Assembly (NCBI GenBank): GCA_016873845.1 | Contig: VGVX01000006.1 | Location: forward strand, 121-64,120 | DNA from: Ignavibacteria bacterium | GTDB taxonomy: Bacteria; Bacteroidota; Ignavibacteria; Ch128b | Direction: 5' to 3' | DNA: 64,000 nt | In this document: positions 40,959 to 50,332 of the stretch, piece by piece | Numbering within the stretch: the stretch's first letter is position 1 | How the letters are laid out: every line of letters starts with the position of its first letter | Made by a program: the position numbers and the translations under genes | The notes under the pieces: model-generated | Told to the model about the DNA's origin: nothing | Database searches by the model: none | What the model saw: only the letters and a program-made list of their open reading frames with translations

Positions 40959-42506
40959 ATGAGAATTAGATCACTTTTTCTTGTTGCGTTATTACTGCCG
41001 ACAGCGATTTTTTTGTTCAGCTGTCAGAGTTACAATCTAACTAGAGAAGTTAGTGAAGTTAAAAAATCGGCGAGCATAGATCATCAATCCGAATTTATCA
41101 AAATCCATAAGGCAGATGGCGGAGTTTATGTTCTCCAAAAATGGATTGTAGACGAACAAAATAAAACAATAACCGGAACCGGGATTTTGTATGATCACAA
41201 CCGAGAAATACAGGACGAAGGATATTTACAAATCCCTTATAATGAAATTTTATTAATAGAGACGAATGTTCTTGATCCTTCGCTTATGACGGAGGCATTC
41301 GGAGGATTAACACTTGTTTCTGGGGCGCTTACAGTTTATTGCTTAACAAATCCGAAAGCATGTTTTGGGTCTTGTCCTACCATTTATGCTTGGGATGGAA
41401 AAGATATGTCCTTGCAAGCTGAAGGATTCTCATCGAGCATTGCGAGAGTATTAGAGGAAGAAGATATCGATGCTCTCCATTCTTTAAAACCTCAGAATCG
41501 AAATTTAGAGATAAAAGTTACAAATGAAGCTCTCGAAACACATTCGATAAAATACTTAAACATCTTAGCAGCAAGAAGGCATCACGACAGCGAAGTTTTT
41601 CATACTCACTCAAATGAATTTTATGAAGTGGCGAATCTTCAGCCGCCAAAAATTTGTGATTCAGATAATGGTGATTGCTTGGAAAGGATTAAAAGTTTTA
41701 ATGATTTAGAATATTATTCTGAAACCGATTCATCCGATCTTGCTGTTAAAGAAACGCTTGAATTAACATTTGATCAAATTCCAGATGGCAAGCTCGGATT
41801 GGTTTTAGGATACAGGCAAACTTTATTAACGACTTATTTGATCTATCAAAGTCTTGCTTATATGGGCTCGAAATACGGAGATTGGCTCGCGAAACTTGAA
41901 ACTAACAATTCTAATATTAAAGATTTTACCTCGAAGTCATATTCACTTTTGGGTGATTTGGAAATATATATTCTTGACGAAAACCAAAAATGGAAAAAAT
42001 GCGGATCGATAAGTGAAAACGGTCCGATTGCAAGAAATCTTGAATTAGCTTCACTAATTGATTCTTATTCACTCCCATTGAAAATTCAAATTAGAATGAC
42101 ACGCGGAATGTGGCGGATCGATTACGCAGCAATTGGACAAGTCATTAACAAAGTTGAACCACAGCGAATTTTCCCGATCGAAGTTTCAAAAGATGAAGTA
42201 TGTGATGAGAGTGCATTGCAGCGGCTTCACGACTCTTCGAAATATTTAGTGACATTTCCTGGCGATTCATATTCTTTATTTTTTCAACTTCCTGAAGATT
42301 ATTCTAACTACGAATATTTTGTTGAATCGAAAGGTTATTATTACGAATGGATGAGAGATGCCTGGCTGAAGGAAGAAAGTCAAGAAAATTTGTTTGCGTT
42401 CTTTTTTGATTCACGAAATCATTTTAAAAAGCTCGCACCGGAATATAAAAAGATAGAACCAACAATGGATAAAATCTTTTGGGAGAGTAAATATGAAAAC
42501 AAGTAA
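40959..42506 (+). CDS. Hypothetical lipoprotein
   Basis: 515-aa ORF with a lipobox LFSC at the end of a signal peptide. No family recognised. Confidence 0.5.
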   Translation: MRIRSLFLVALLLPTAIFLFSCQSYNLTREVSEVKKSASIDHQSEFIKIHKADGGVYVLQKWIVDEQNKTITGTGILYDHNREIQDEGYLQIPYNEILLIETNVLDPSLMTEAFGGLTLVSGALTVYCLTNPKACFGSCPTIYAWDGKDMSLQAEGFSSSIARVLEEEDIDALHSLKPQNRNLEIKVTNEALETHSIKYLNILAARRHHDSEVFHTHSNEFYEVANLQPPKICDSDNGDCLERIKSFNDLEYYSETDSSDLAVKETLELTFDQIPDGKLGLVLGYRQTLLTTYLIYQSLAYMGSKYGDWLAKLETNNSNIKDFTSKSYSLLGDLEIYILDENQKWKKCGSISENGPIARNLELASLIDSYSLPLKIQIRMTRGMWRIDYAAIGQVINKVEPQRIFPIEVSKDEVCDESALQRLHDSSKYLVTFPGDSYSLFFQLPEDYSNYEYFVESKGYYYEWMRDAWLKEESQENLFAFFFDSRNHFKKLAPEYKKIEPTMDKIFWESKYENK

Positions 42507-43044
42507 AATTATTCTCGTATTTATTTTAATGTTCGTTATATCTAATTGTATGTCAGTTAAAGCTCCGGATAATTGGCTTCCAGAACCTGAAAATATTTCT
42601 GAAGACGTTTACGGTGCGTGGATTACTCTAAGACTTGATGATACAGATGACTATTACTTTTTAGGCGGTGAGTTCATCGGATATGAACAAAAGACTGTTT
42701 TGCTATTGAATGAAAATGGGCTTTCGAAAATTGCAATTGAAGATATTAAAGAAGCGATCATTGACCTATATAAAAGAGAAACAAGCTCATTGACTTGGTG
42801 GACTCTCGGTGGTTGTGTAGCTTCGGTTACGCATGGATGGTTCCTAATTATTTCTATGCCGGTTTGGCTTGTAAGTGGAATTATTAACTCTGCAATCGCT
42901 TCTCACAGCGGAAGATTTGCTGAAGAAAACCCTGATGATGATTGGTTTGAAGCGGTTAAAAGGTATTCAAGGTTTCCTGGAGGAATTCCCAAAAACATCG
43001 ATTTACACGCACTTAAGCCTAAGCAAATTAATAAAACTGATTAA
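42493..43044 (+). CDS. Hypothetical lipoprotein with C-terminal hydrophobic segments
   Basis: 183-aa ORF with a lipobox VISNC. Overlaps the upstream ORF by 14 nt (operonic). Confidence 0.45.
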   Translation: MKTSKIILVFILMFVISNCMSVKAPDNWLPEPENISEDVYGAWITLRLDDTDDYYFLGGEFIGYEQKTVLLLNENGLSKIAIEDIKEAIIDLYKRETSSLTWWTLGGCVASVTHGWFLIISMPVWLVSGIINSAIASHSGRFAEENPDDDWFEAVKRYSRFPGGIPKNIDLHALKPKQINKTD

Positions 43045-43174
43045 TCTTTCATCGCGAAAATTAATTTAAAAATGAGAATTTTACTATTCGCCCTCCAATT
43101 CATGCATTAATTAACAAGAGTATTTTGTCTGATTATAATATTTATTATATTTGTCCAAACAATATGAGGAAGTC

Positions 43175-44821
43175 ATGAACAAAAAAATAAAATCGTTTTA
43201 TTCAATTCTTTTGCTCTTTTTGTTTGTGGCTGGATTCACTTTCATCGGAATGGATTCAGCAGAGCAAACGAACTCTTCAACCGAATTTGTAAATCTTGCA
43301 AGTGATCAAAAGATTGACAAAGAAACATGTTTCACCTGTCACTCGGAAGTTGAAGAGCTTCATACAAACGGAAAGCACGCAAAGCTAAGCTGTTCAACAT
43401 GCCATTCAGATGTTTCAAAACATCTTGACGATCCAAGTAATAAGCCCGTTACGAATCTTGAGCTTTCAACTTGCGGAAAGTGTCACAAAGATCAATTTGA
43501 ATCATTCTTCCATGTCAATCTTGAATCAAAAGCGAGAGTTGAAAAGTCAACAACTACTAGCCGATCTCCAACCTTCGATAAACTCATGATGCCGCATGGA
43601 TTTACAAAAGAACACGCCGAACCGCGCAGTCATGCATTCATGATGGTTGATCATTACATAGTCGACCGTGCCTACGGCGGAAGGTTTCAATTAAAAGATT
43701 GGCAGTACATAACTAAAACAGGTAAAGTTTGGGATTTAATTGTTGATAAAGAACCAACTACAAGCGAACAAAAAGTTTTTCTTCCGCAAACTGCAACCGC
43801 AGCAAATCCAACCTGCTTAAGCTGTAAAACAACCGATCACATTCTCAAATGGAAGTATAAAGGCGAGCCATCACCTGATGCGAAGTGGTCGAGAACATCT
43901 AAAGTAGTTGAGTTTGCACGCGACTTGCAAAATCCTGTAGGGTGCATTCACTGTCACGATCCGCATGGAACGAATCCACGTGTCGTTCGTGATGCTCTCA
44001 TTGAAGCTGTTGTTGACAGAGGTGAAGGGACCTACCCTTATGATAAAGAGAAGAGCAAACAGATTACAATGAAAAAAATTATGTTCAGAGATTTTCGTGC
44101 TATTGGAATACTTAACAAAGCAGACTCAAATTTAATGTGTGCACAGTGCCATGTTGAGTATAATTGCAATCCTGGGCACAACCCGGTTACTGGCGAAGCT
44201 ATTTCAAAAGCCGATCCCAGGACAAATATTTTCCAATGGGTTAACGTATTGGACTATAACAAAAAAATGGAAGTGTTTGCTTTTAAAGATTTCAAGCATG
44301 CTGTTACCGGCGCCTCTCTTTCGAAACTTCAGCATCCCGAAACCGAAACATTTTGGATGAGCAAGCACGAACGGGCTGGAGTTGAATGCAAACATTGTCA
44401 TATGCCTCAAGTTAAGAAAGGAAATAAGTCTTACACTTGGCATGGACAAAAAAGCGCAAGATACATGACAAAAGAAACTTGTATAAGCTGCCACAAGACT
44501 TGGACAGAAAAAGAAGCTGAATATCAAATCGATGCAATTCAAAACTATATCCGCGGGAAAATGAAAAAAGCTGAATTCTGGCTTGCACAATATATCGATA
44601 CGTATACACGTGCAAAAGATCTCGGTGTTAACGAAGAAGTCTTAAAAGAATCACGCAAGTTTCATGATGATGCACACACACTTTGGGAGTGGTGGACAGC
44701 GGAAAATTCAGATGGATTCCACAATCCTGACTTAGCAAGAGAGTCACTAACTCAATCGATAACTCATTCTCAAGATGGAGTAAAATTCCTTGAGAAAGCA
44801 ATTACCGAATTGAAAAAGTAA
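43175..44821 (+). CDS. Octaheme cytochrome c nitrite reductase-like protein (TvNiR/ONR-type; start trimmed to the ATG after a GAGGA RBS)
   Basis: Eight heme motifs occur in order: CFTCH, CSTCH, CGKCH, CLSCK, CIHCH, CAQCH, CKHCH, CISCH. The fourth is CxxCK, the lysine-ligated catalytic heme hallmark of NrfA-type enzymes. There is an N-terminal membrane anchor or signal. Confidence 0.75.
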   Translation: MNKKIKSFYSILLLFLFVAGFTFIGMDSAEQTNSSTEFVNLASDQKIDKETCFTCHSEVEELHTNGKHAKLSCSTCHSDVSKHLDDPSNKPVTNLELSTCGKCHKDQFESFFHVNLESKARVEKSTTTSRSPTFDKLMMPHGFTKEHAEPRSHAFMMVDHYIVDRAYGGRFQLKDWQYITKTGKVWDLIVDKEPTTSEQKVFLPQTATAANPTCLSCKTTDHILKWKYKGEPSPDAKWSRTSKVVEFARDLQNPVGCIHCHDPHGTNPRVVRDALIEAVVDRGEGTYPYDKEKSKQITMKKIMFRDFRAIGILNKADSNLMCAQCHVEYNCNPGHNPVTGEAISKADPRTNIFQWVNVLDYNKKMEVFAFKDFKHAVTGASLSKLQHPETETFWMSKHERAGVECKHCHMPQVKKGNKSYTWHGQKSARYMTKETCISCHKTWTEKEAEYQIDAIQNYIRGKMKKAEFWLAQYIDTYTRAKDLGVNEEVLKESRKFHDDAHTLWEWWTAENSDGFHNPDLARESLTQSITHSQDGVKFLEKAITELKK

Positions 44822-44832
44822 ATATTTTTTTG

Positions 44833-44862
44833 GAGATTCCATCATATAAATGGTGGAATCTC
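44833..44862 (+). terminator. Hairpin downstream of the cytochrome gene
   Basis: GAGATTCCATCA / TGGTGGAATCTC forms a 12-bp stem (one G-U) with a 6-nt loop. No clear 3' U-tract. Confidence 0.4.
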
Positions 44863-44923
44863 TGGTAAATACCATAAATAGGTTTGGGCAATATTTTACA
44901 TTAATATTTACTAAATTTGAGAT

Positions 44924-45904
44924 GTGAAAGTCTCAGTCGATACAAAATTTAGTACGGTAATCGAAAAAAATACTTTCTATTTCTACAACGTAAAGTTTCA
45001 AGAGAAGTATGAAAGCCATATTAACTCTTTAACAGAATCACTTCTATTTCTTAGGAATGAAATTGAAACGAAGGGTTTAAGAAAAGAGTTATTTGATTCT
45101 CTTCTATTAAATCGCGAGAATGGTTTGCGAGCATTATTAGCACTAACAGGCTTTTCAAATGAAAATCTAAAACGTCTCATTACTGTCATTAGGGTTACTC
45201 ATGATAAAATTTTATCTAATCTAATGAACAAGGATAAATGGTGCTCAAATGAAGAAGAAGTAGAAATATCAGAGTGGGGTGATGCAAAAATCTTGAATCT
45301 CATTAATGAAAATGAACATTTTCGAAAAGGACTGGTTAATTTATTCTTTGAAGGATCGACGGTGCCATTCTTAATTAATACATTGCCATTATTCGAACTG
45401 AAGAAATTAAGTATTTCAAAATTAAAGTTCGAAGTTCCTGCAATTATTGACACGTTAGTTAGATACAAAGAGAAAGGTTCATATTCAGGTAAGAGTGGTA
45501 ACAATCCTGAATTCTTGATTCAGCAATTGATAGAAGACTCACAAGTCCCCTTTGAAAAAGGTGATCTTGCAGAACTTCTTAGAAAAGAAAAAGTGGTAAA
45601 AAGAACGATGGATTTTATACTACCGAATAAGACAAAACCAAAGCTAATAATTGAATGTTCGTTTTTGGTGACTACTTCCTCTGGACAGGGCGATAAATCA
45701 AAAACTGAAACTAACATCAATAAACTAATTAAAAAGTATTATCCAAAAGCAAAGTTCATTGGATTTGTTGATGGGATTGGGTGGTATGTTCGAAAAGGGG
45801 ATTTGATGAGAATGGTTTCCGCATATGATGATGTTTTCACTTTTCATAAGTCAGAGCTAAAAAGATTTGACTACTACCTTAGGAAAGAATTCAAAAGGAT
45901 ATGA
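44924..45904 (+). CDS. Putative type II restriction endonuclease
   Basis: 326-aa ORF (GTG start) with a 4-nt ATGA overlap onto the methyltransferase. The C-terminal MDFILP...KLIIECSF...DGIGWY looks like a PD-(D/E)xK-type core. It loosely reminds me of DpnII-family enzymes (unverified). Confidence 0.5.
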   Translation: MKVSVDTKFSTVIEKNTFYFYNVKFQEKYESHINSLTESLLFLRNEIETKGLRKELFDSLLLNRENGLRALLALTGFSNENLKRLITVIRVTHDKILSNLMNKDKWCSNEEEVEISEWGDAKILNLINENEHFRKGLVNLFFEGSTVPFLINTLPLFELKKLSISKLKFEVPAIIDTLVRYKEKGSYSGKSGNNPEFLIQQLIEDSQVPFEKGDLAELLRKEKVVKRTMDFILPNKTKPKLIIECSFLVTTSSGQGDKSKTETNINKLIKKYYPKAKFIGFVDGIGWYVRKGDLMRMVSAYDDVFTFHKSELKRFDYYLRKEFKRI

Positions 45905-46884
45905 TAGAACAATTTGTTGATAGAATTATTCAGGGCGATTGCTTGGAATTAATTAAAGAGATTCCAGATAATACTTTCGATTTGACTTTTGCTGATCCGC
46001 CTTTTAACCTGAAGAAAGATTATAACAACTACAAGGACAGCTTGAAGTTTCACGAATATCTCGAGTGGTGTGAAAGATGGATCGGCGAGATGGTCAGAGT
46101 TACCAAGCCGACAGGTTCAATTATGCTTCATAACATTCCTAAATGGCTTACTTACTTTGCGACATTTCTTAATAAGAAAGCTGACTTCAAACACTGGGTT
46201 TCTTGGGACGCTCCGACTGCACCTATGGGTAAAACATTACAACCAAATCATTATGGTATTCTCTTTTATGCAAAGAACTCGTCTCTTTTAAAGTTTTATG
46301 AAATAAGATGCCCGCATAAAAGAGATAGAAAAACAAATTATTTATCAAAAGATTATGGCGGGAAAAAATCGGGTTTGCACCCATTCGGACCTTTAGTATC
46401 AGATGTATGGGTTGATATTCATAGAATAAAACATAATAAATATAGAGACGAACATCCGTGTCAACTACCAGTGCATTTACTTGAGAGGATTCTATTGATG
46501 ACAACAGATGAATCCGATCTTGTACTTGATCCTTTTAGCGGAACTGGGACTACAGCGATTGCAGCAAAACGACTTGGAAGAAAGTTTATTGGTTTCGAGA
46601 TAGACGAATATTACGTTGAGATTACTCAGAAGAAACTAAAGCAAGAAGAAGCTAATTCAAAACTTGGTAATAGATGGGTTAGTTTTTACCTTGATGAAGT
46701 AATTACTCTGCGAAATATAGATTGGGATTACTTAAAAGAGTATTTTTTAATACCATCAAAACCTGAAGAGATTGATCATACTCCAATTCAACTGAAATCA
46801 AAAATTAAGATGCCCCCACCACTTAAAGTACAAAAAGAGAAAACATTACAGCAGGAATCATTAAGGTTTGTTAAAGCCGTTTAG
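45901..46884 (+). CDS. DNA methyltransferase, N4/N6 type (beta-class permutation)
   Basis: 327-aa ORF. Catalytic motif IV FADPPFN lies near the N-terminus. SAM motif I LDPFSGTGTT lies near the C-terminus. Confidence 0.85.
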   Translation: MIEQFVDRIIQGDCLELIKEIPDNTFDLTFADPPFNLKKDYNNYKDSLKFHEYLEWCERWIGEMVRVTKPTGSIMLHNIPKWLTYFATFLNKKADFKHWVSWDAPTAPMGKTLQPNHYGILFYAKNSSLLKFYEIRCPHKRDRKTNYLSKDYGGKKSGLHPFGPLVSDVWVDIHRIKHNKYRDEHPCQLPVHLLERILLMTTDESDLVLDPFSGTGTTAIAAKRLGRKFIGFEIDEYYVEITQKKLKQEEANSKLGNRWVSFYLDEVITLRNIDWDYLKEYFLIPSKPEEIDHTPIQLKSKIKMPPPLKVQKEKTLQQESLRFVKAV

Positions 46885-46988
46885 AATCGGCAAAAGAATC
46901 TGGTTTAATTAATTCATCCTTTTTTTTCACAATAAGCTTGCTTTTCCTCGCTTTTATTTCGACATTTTATTAAAAGAGTCTAATAAAA

Positions 46989-47894
46989 TTGAAGACTGCA
47001 TTTATTTTTGACATAAGAAAATATTCAATTCATGACGGACCGGGAATTCGTACAACTGTTTTTTTCAAAGGATGTCCGCTTATATGTGCATGGTGTCATA
47101 ATCCGGAAGGGCAGTCACCGGTTTTTGAAGTAATGTATCGTGAAGGAAGATGCATACGCTGCGGTGCATGTGTAGAAGAATGCACACAAGACGCAGTTAG
47201 AATGAACGACAATCTTGTAGTTACAAATCCGAAAGAATGCATTGTTTGTGGAACTTGTACAGAGTTTTGTTTTTCAGATGCACGAGAGATAATTGGAAAA
47301 GAAGTTACAGTCGAAGAAGTGATGACTGAAATAGAAAAAGATATTCCGTTTTATGAAGAATCAAATGGCGGCGTAACATTTTCTGGAGGCGAACCGCTGC
47401 TTCAAAAAGATTTTTTAGTTGAGATTGCGCGAGCATGCAAAGAAAGAGAAATACATACAGCACTTGATACCTGTGGATTCGCTAAATGGGAAGCTCTGGA
47501 GGAAGTAAGCAAATATATCGATCTTTTTCTTTACGATGTAAAAATTATAGACGATAAAAAGCATAAACATTTTACTGGAGTTTCAAATAAATTAATTCTC
47601 AGCAATCTCAAAAAATTATTAAATCTTGAGAAAAAAGTAACAATCCGAATTCCTCTTATTCCTTTTTTCAATGATGATGAAAAAAGTATTCGGGAAATGA
47701 TCGATTTTATGTTGAAACTCCCAAATTCAAACGGAATTGATATACTCCCCTATCATAGAATAGCGGCGGAGAAATACAAGAGCCTGAATATAAATAATGA
47801 TTTGCGAAATGTGAAAGAGCACTTAAAAGATAAAATAATCAGTGTTGAAAAAATCTTTTACGAACATGGATTAAACGTAAAGGTTGGAGGATAG
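46989..47894 (+). CDS. Glycyl-radical enzyme activating protein (radical SAM with a ferredoxin-like insert)
   Basis: 301-aa ORF. CPLICAWCHN (CxxxCxxC) plus CIRCGACVEEC and CIVCGTCTEFC auxiliary cluster motifs. Confidence 0.9.
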   Translation: MKTAFIFDIRKYSIHDGPGIRTTVFFKGCPLICAWCHNPEGQSPVFEVMYREGRCIRCGACVEECTQDAVRMNDNLVVTNPKECIVCGTCTEFCFSDAREIIGKEVTVEEVMTEIEKDIPFYEESNGGVTFSGGEPLLQKDFLVEIARACKEREIHTALDTCGFAKWEALEEVSKYIDLFLYDVKIIDDKKHKHFTGVSNKLILSNLKKLLNLEKKVTIRIPLIPFFNDDEKSIREMIDFMLKLPNSNGIDILPYHRIAAEKYKSLNINNDLRNVKEHLKDKIISVEKIFYEHGLNVKVGG

Positions 47895-47895
47895 A

Positions 47896-50259
47896 ATGAT
47901 CAGCGAAAGAGTTAGAAAACTTCGTAAGCAAAGTCTTGATGCAAAACCATTCATTTCAACTAATAGAGCAGAACTGGTTACAGAAGTCTATAAAAGTAAT
48001 TTCGAAAAAATGTCTGAACCAATTAAGCGCGCACTTGTATTCAAACATTTAATGGAGAACAAACCAATTTATATTGGTGATGGAGAATTGATTGTTGGAG
48101 AAAAAGGTCCGGTTCCAAAAGCAACTCCGACTTATCCTGAACTTTGCTGCCATTCACTTCATGATTTAAAAATATTAAACAATCGAAAAAAAATTCCGTT
48201 TGCAGTTTCCGAGGATTCAAGGAAAATTTATGAAGAAAAAATAATTCCCTTTTGGCACGACAAATCCATGCGGGATTTTATTTTTAGTGAAATGACACTC
48301 GAATGGAAAGACTCTTACGAAGCCGGAATATTTACTGAATTTATGGAACAGCGAGCTCCGGGGCATACGGTACTTGACGATAAAATCTATAAAAAAGGAT
48401 TTTTAGATTTCAAGAATGATATACAAAAAAGTTTAGAAAAGCTGGACTACTCCAACGATCCTAAATCGCACAACAAAGAGCAAGAACTGAAAGCGATGTC
48501 GATTTGCTCCAATGCGCTCATTACATTTGCATTGCGTCATTCTGAAGAGGCTTTGAGTTTATCCAAAAAAGAAATTGATCCAGCAAGAAAATCGGAACTA
48601 GAAAAAATTGCTAAAGTCTGTAAGCGCGTTCCAGCCAATTCGCCTCAAAACTTTTGGGAAGCAATTCAATATTATTGGTTCGTACACCTTGGAGTTACTA
48701 CAGAACTTAATACATGGGATGCATTCTGTCCCGGTCACATCGATCATCACCTTTATCCTTTCTATAAAAAAGAAATTGAAGAAGGAAGTTTGACAAAAGA
48801 AAAAGCGGAAGAACTTTTACAATGTTTTTGGATTAAGTTTAATAATCAACCCGCACCTCCAAAAGTTGGAGTTACGGCGGAAGAAAGCGGCACATACACA
48901 GACTTTGCTCAAATAAATCTTGGGGGTCATTTAGAAGATGGCTCCGATGGAGTGAATGAGCTTACTTACTTATTGCTCGATGTGATTGAAAAAATGAGAT
49001 TGATTCAGCCAAGCTCTTCAATTCAAGTAAGTAAGAAAAATCCAAATGAATTTGTAAAGCATGCAGCGGAAATCATAAAAACCGGATTTGGTCAGCCGTC
49101 AGTGTTTAATTCAGATTTAATTATAGAAGAATTAGTTCGGCAGGGTAAAACTTTAATCGATGCACGCTGCGGAGGTTCAAGCGGCTGTGTTGAAGTTGGA
49201 GCTTTTGGAAAAGAAAATTACAATCTCACCGGATATTTTAATTTACCCAAAGTTCTTGAAATTACATTGAATGATGGAATTGATCCGCGAACAGGAAAAC
49301 AAGTCGGAATAAAAACTGGAGAAGCAGAATCATTCAATTCATTTGATGAGCTTTACTATGCCTTTGATAGGCAATTAAATCATTTCATAAACGTTAAGAT
49401 CAAGGGAAATTCCGTAATCGAACAGCTCTATGCCGAAAAGATGCCAGCTCCGTTCCTTTCACTTCTGATTGACGATTGCATTGCTAACGGAAAAGATTAT
49501 CACAGCGGAGGAGCGCGTTATAATACATCCTATATTCAAGGAGTTGGACTTGGGACAATCACCGATTCATTAAGCGCGATAAAATATCATGTCTTTGAAA
49601 ACAATAATTTACAGATGAAACAAATAATGCAAATTCTGAAAGAGAATTTTGAGGGGAATGAACGGACCAGACAATTACTATTGAATAAAACTCCTCGTTA
49701 TGGAAATGATAATGATTTTGCAGATGATATAATGAAACAAGTATTCGAATCTTATTTCAATGCAATCGACGGAAGAAAAAATTTTAGAGGTGGAACGTAT
49801 CACATCAATCTTTTACCAACTACTGTCCATGTCTATTTTGGTTCGGTGATTGGAGCAACACCGGATGGACGATTCGCATTCCAGCCACTTTCAGAAGGTG
49901 TTTCACCGGCACAAGGTGCAGATAGACACGGGCCAACTGCTGTATTAAAATCTGTTTCAAAGATGGATCATTGTAGAACCGGCGGGACTTTGCTTAATCA
50001 AAAATTAACTCCGCAATTACTCGAGAAAGAAAACGGAATTAACAAATTCGTTGCGTTAATCAGAACATATTTTAAATTAGGCGGGCATCACATTCAATTC
50101 AATGTTGTTGATAAAGAGACACTTCTCGAAGCAAAAGCTCATCCCGAATTGTATCGCAATCTGATTGTGCGAGTTGCTGGCTACAGCGATTATTTCTGTG
50201 ATCTAAGCGAAGCATTGCAAGATGAAATAATTACTCGTACTGAGCATCAGGATTATTAA
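47896..50259 (+). CDS. Glycyl radical enzyme, PFL2/glycerol-dehydratase (eliminase-type) family
   Basis: ATG after a GGAGGA RBS. Cys-loop GCVE (SSGCVEVG) and the C-terminal glycyl radical motif RVAGYS. Confidence 0.9.
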   Translation: MISERVRKLRKQSLDAKPFISTNRAELVTEVYKSNFEKMSEPIKRALVFKHLMENKPIYIGDGELIVGEKGPVPKATPTYPELCCHSLHDLKILNNRKKIPFAVSEDSRKIYEEKIIPFWHDKSMRDFIFSEMTLEWKDSYEAGIFTEFMEQRAPGHTVLDDKIYKKGFLDFKNDIQKSLEKLDYSNDPKSHNKEQELKAMSICSNALITFALRHSEEALSLSKKEIDPARKSELEKIAKVCKRVPANSPQNFWEAIQYYWFVHLGVTTELNTWDAFCPGHIDHHLYPFYKKEIEEGSLTKEKAEELLQCFWIKFNNQPAPPKVGVTAEESGTYTDFAQINLGGHLEDGSDGVNELTYLLLDVIEKMRLIQPSSSIQVSKKNPNEFVKHAAEIIKTGFGQPSVFNSDLIIEELVRQGKTLIDARCGGSSGCVEVGAFGKENYNLTGYFNLPKVLEITLNDGIDPRTGKQVGIKTGEAESFNSFDELYYAFDRQLNHFINVKIKGNSVIEQLYAEKMPAPFLSLLIDDCIANGKDYHSGGARYNTSYIQGVGLGTITDSLSAIKYHVFENNNLQMKQIMQILKENFEGNERTRQLLLNKTPRYGNDNDFADDIMKQVFESYFNAIDGRKNFRGGTYHINLLPTTVHVYFGSVIGATPDGRFAFQPLSEGVSPAQGADRHGPTAVLKSVSKMDHCRTGGTLLNQKLTPQLLEKENGINKFVALIRTYFKLGGHHIQFNVVDKETLLEAKAHPELYRNLIVRVAGYSDYFCDLSEALQDEIITRTEHQDY

Positions 50260-50332
50260 ATATTCTTACGAAATTTTCTGAATATTCAATTTAGATTCAA
50301 CCCTCTTCCATTTTGCCATCTACCATTTACCA

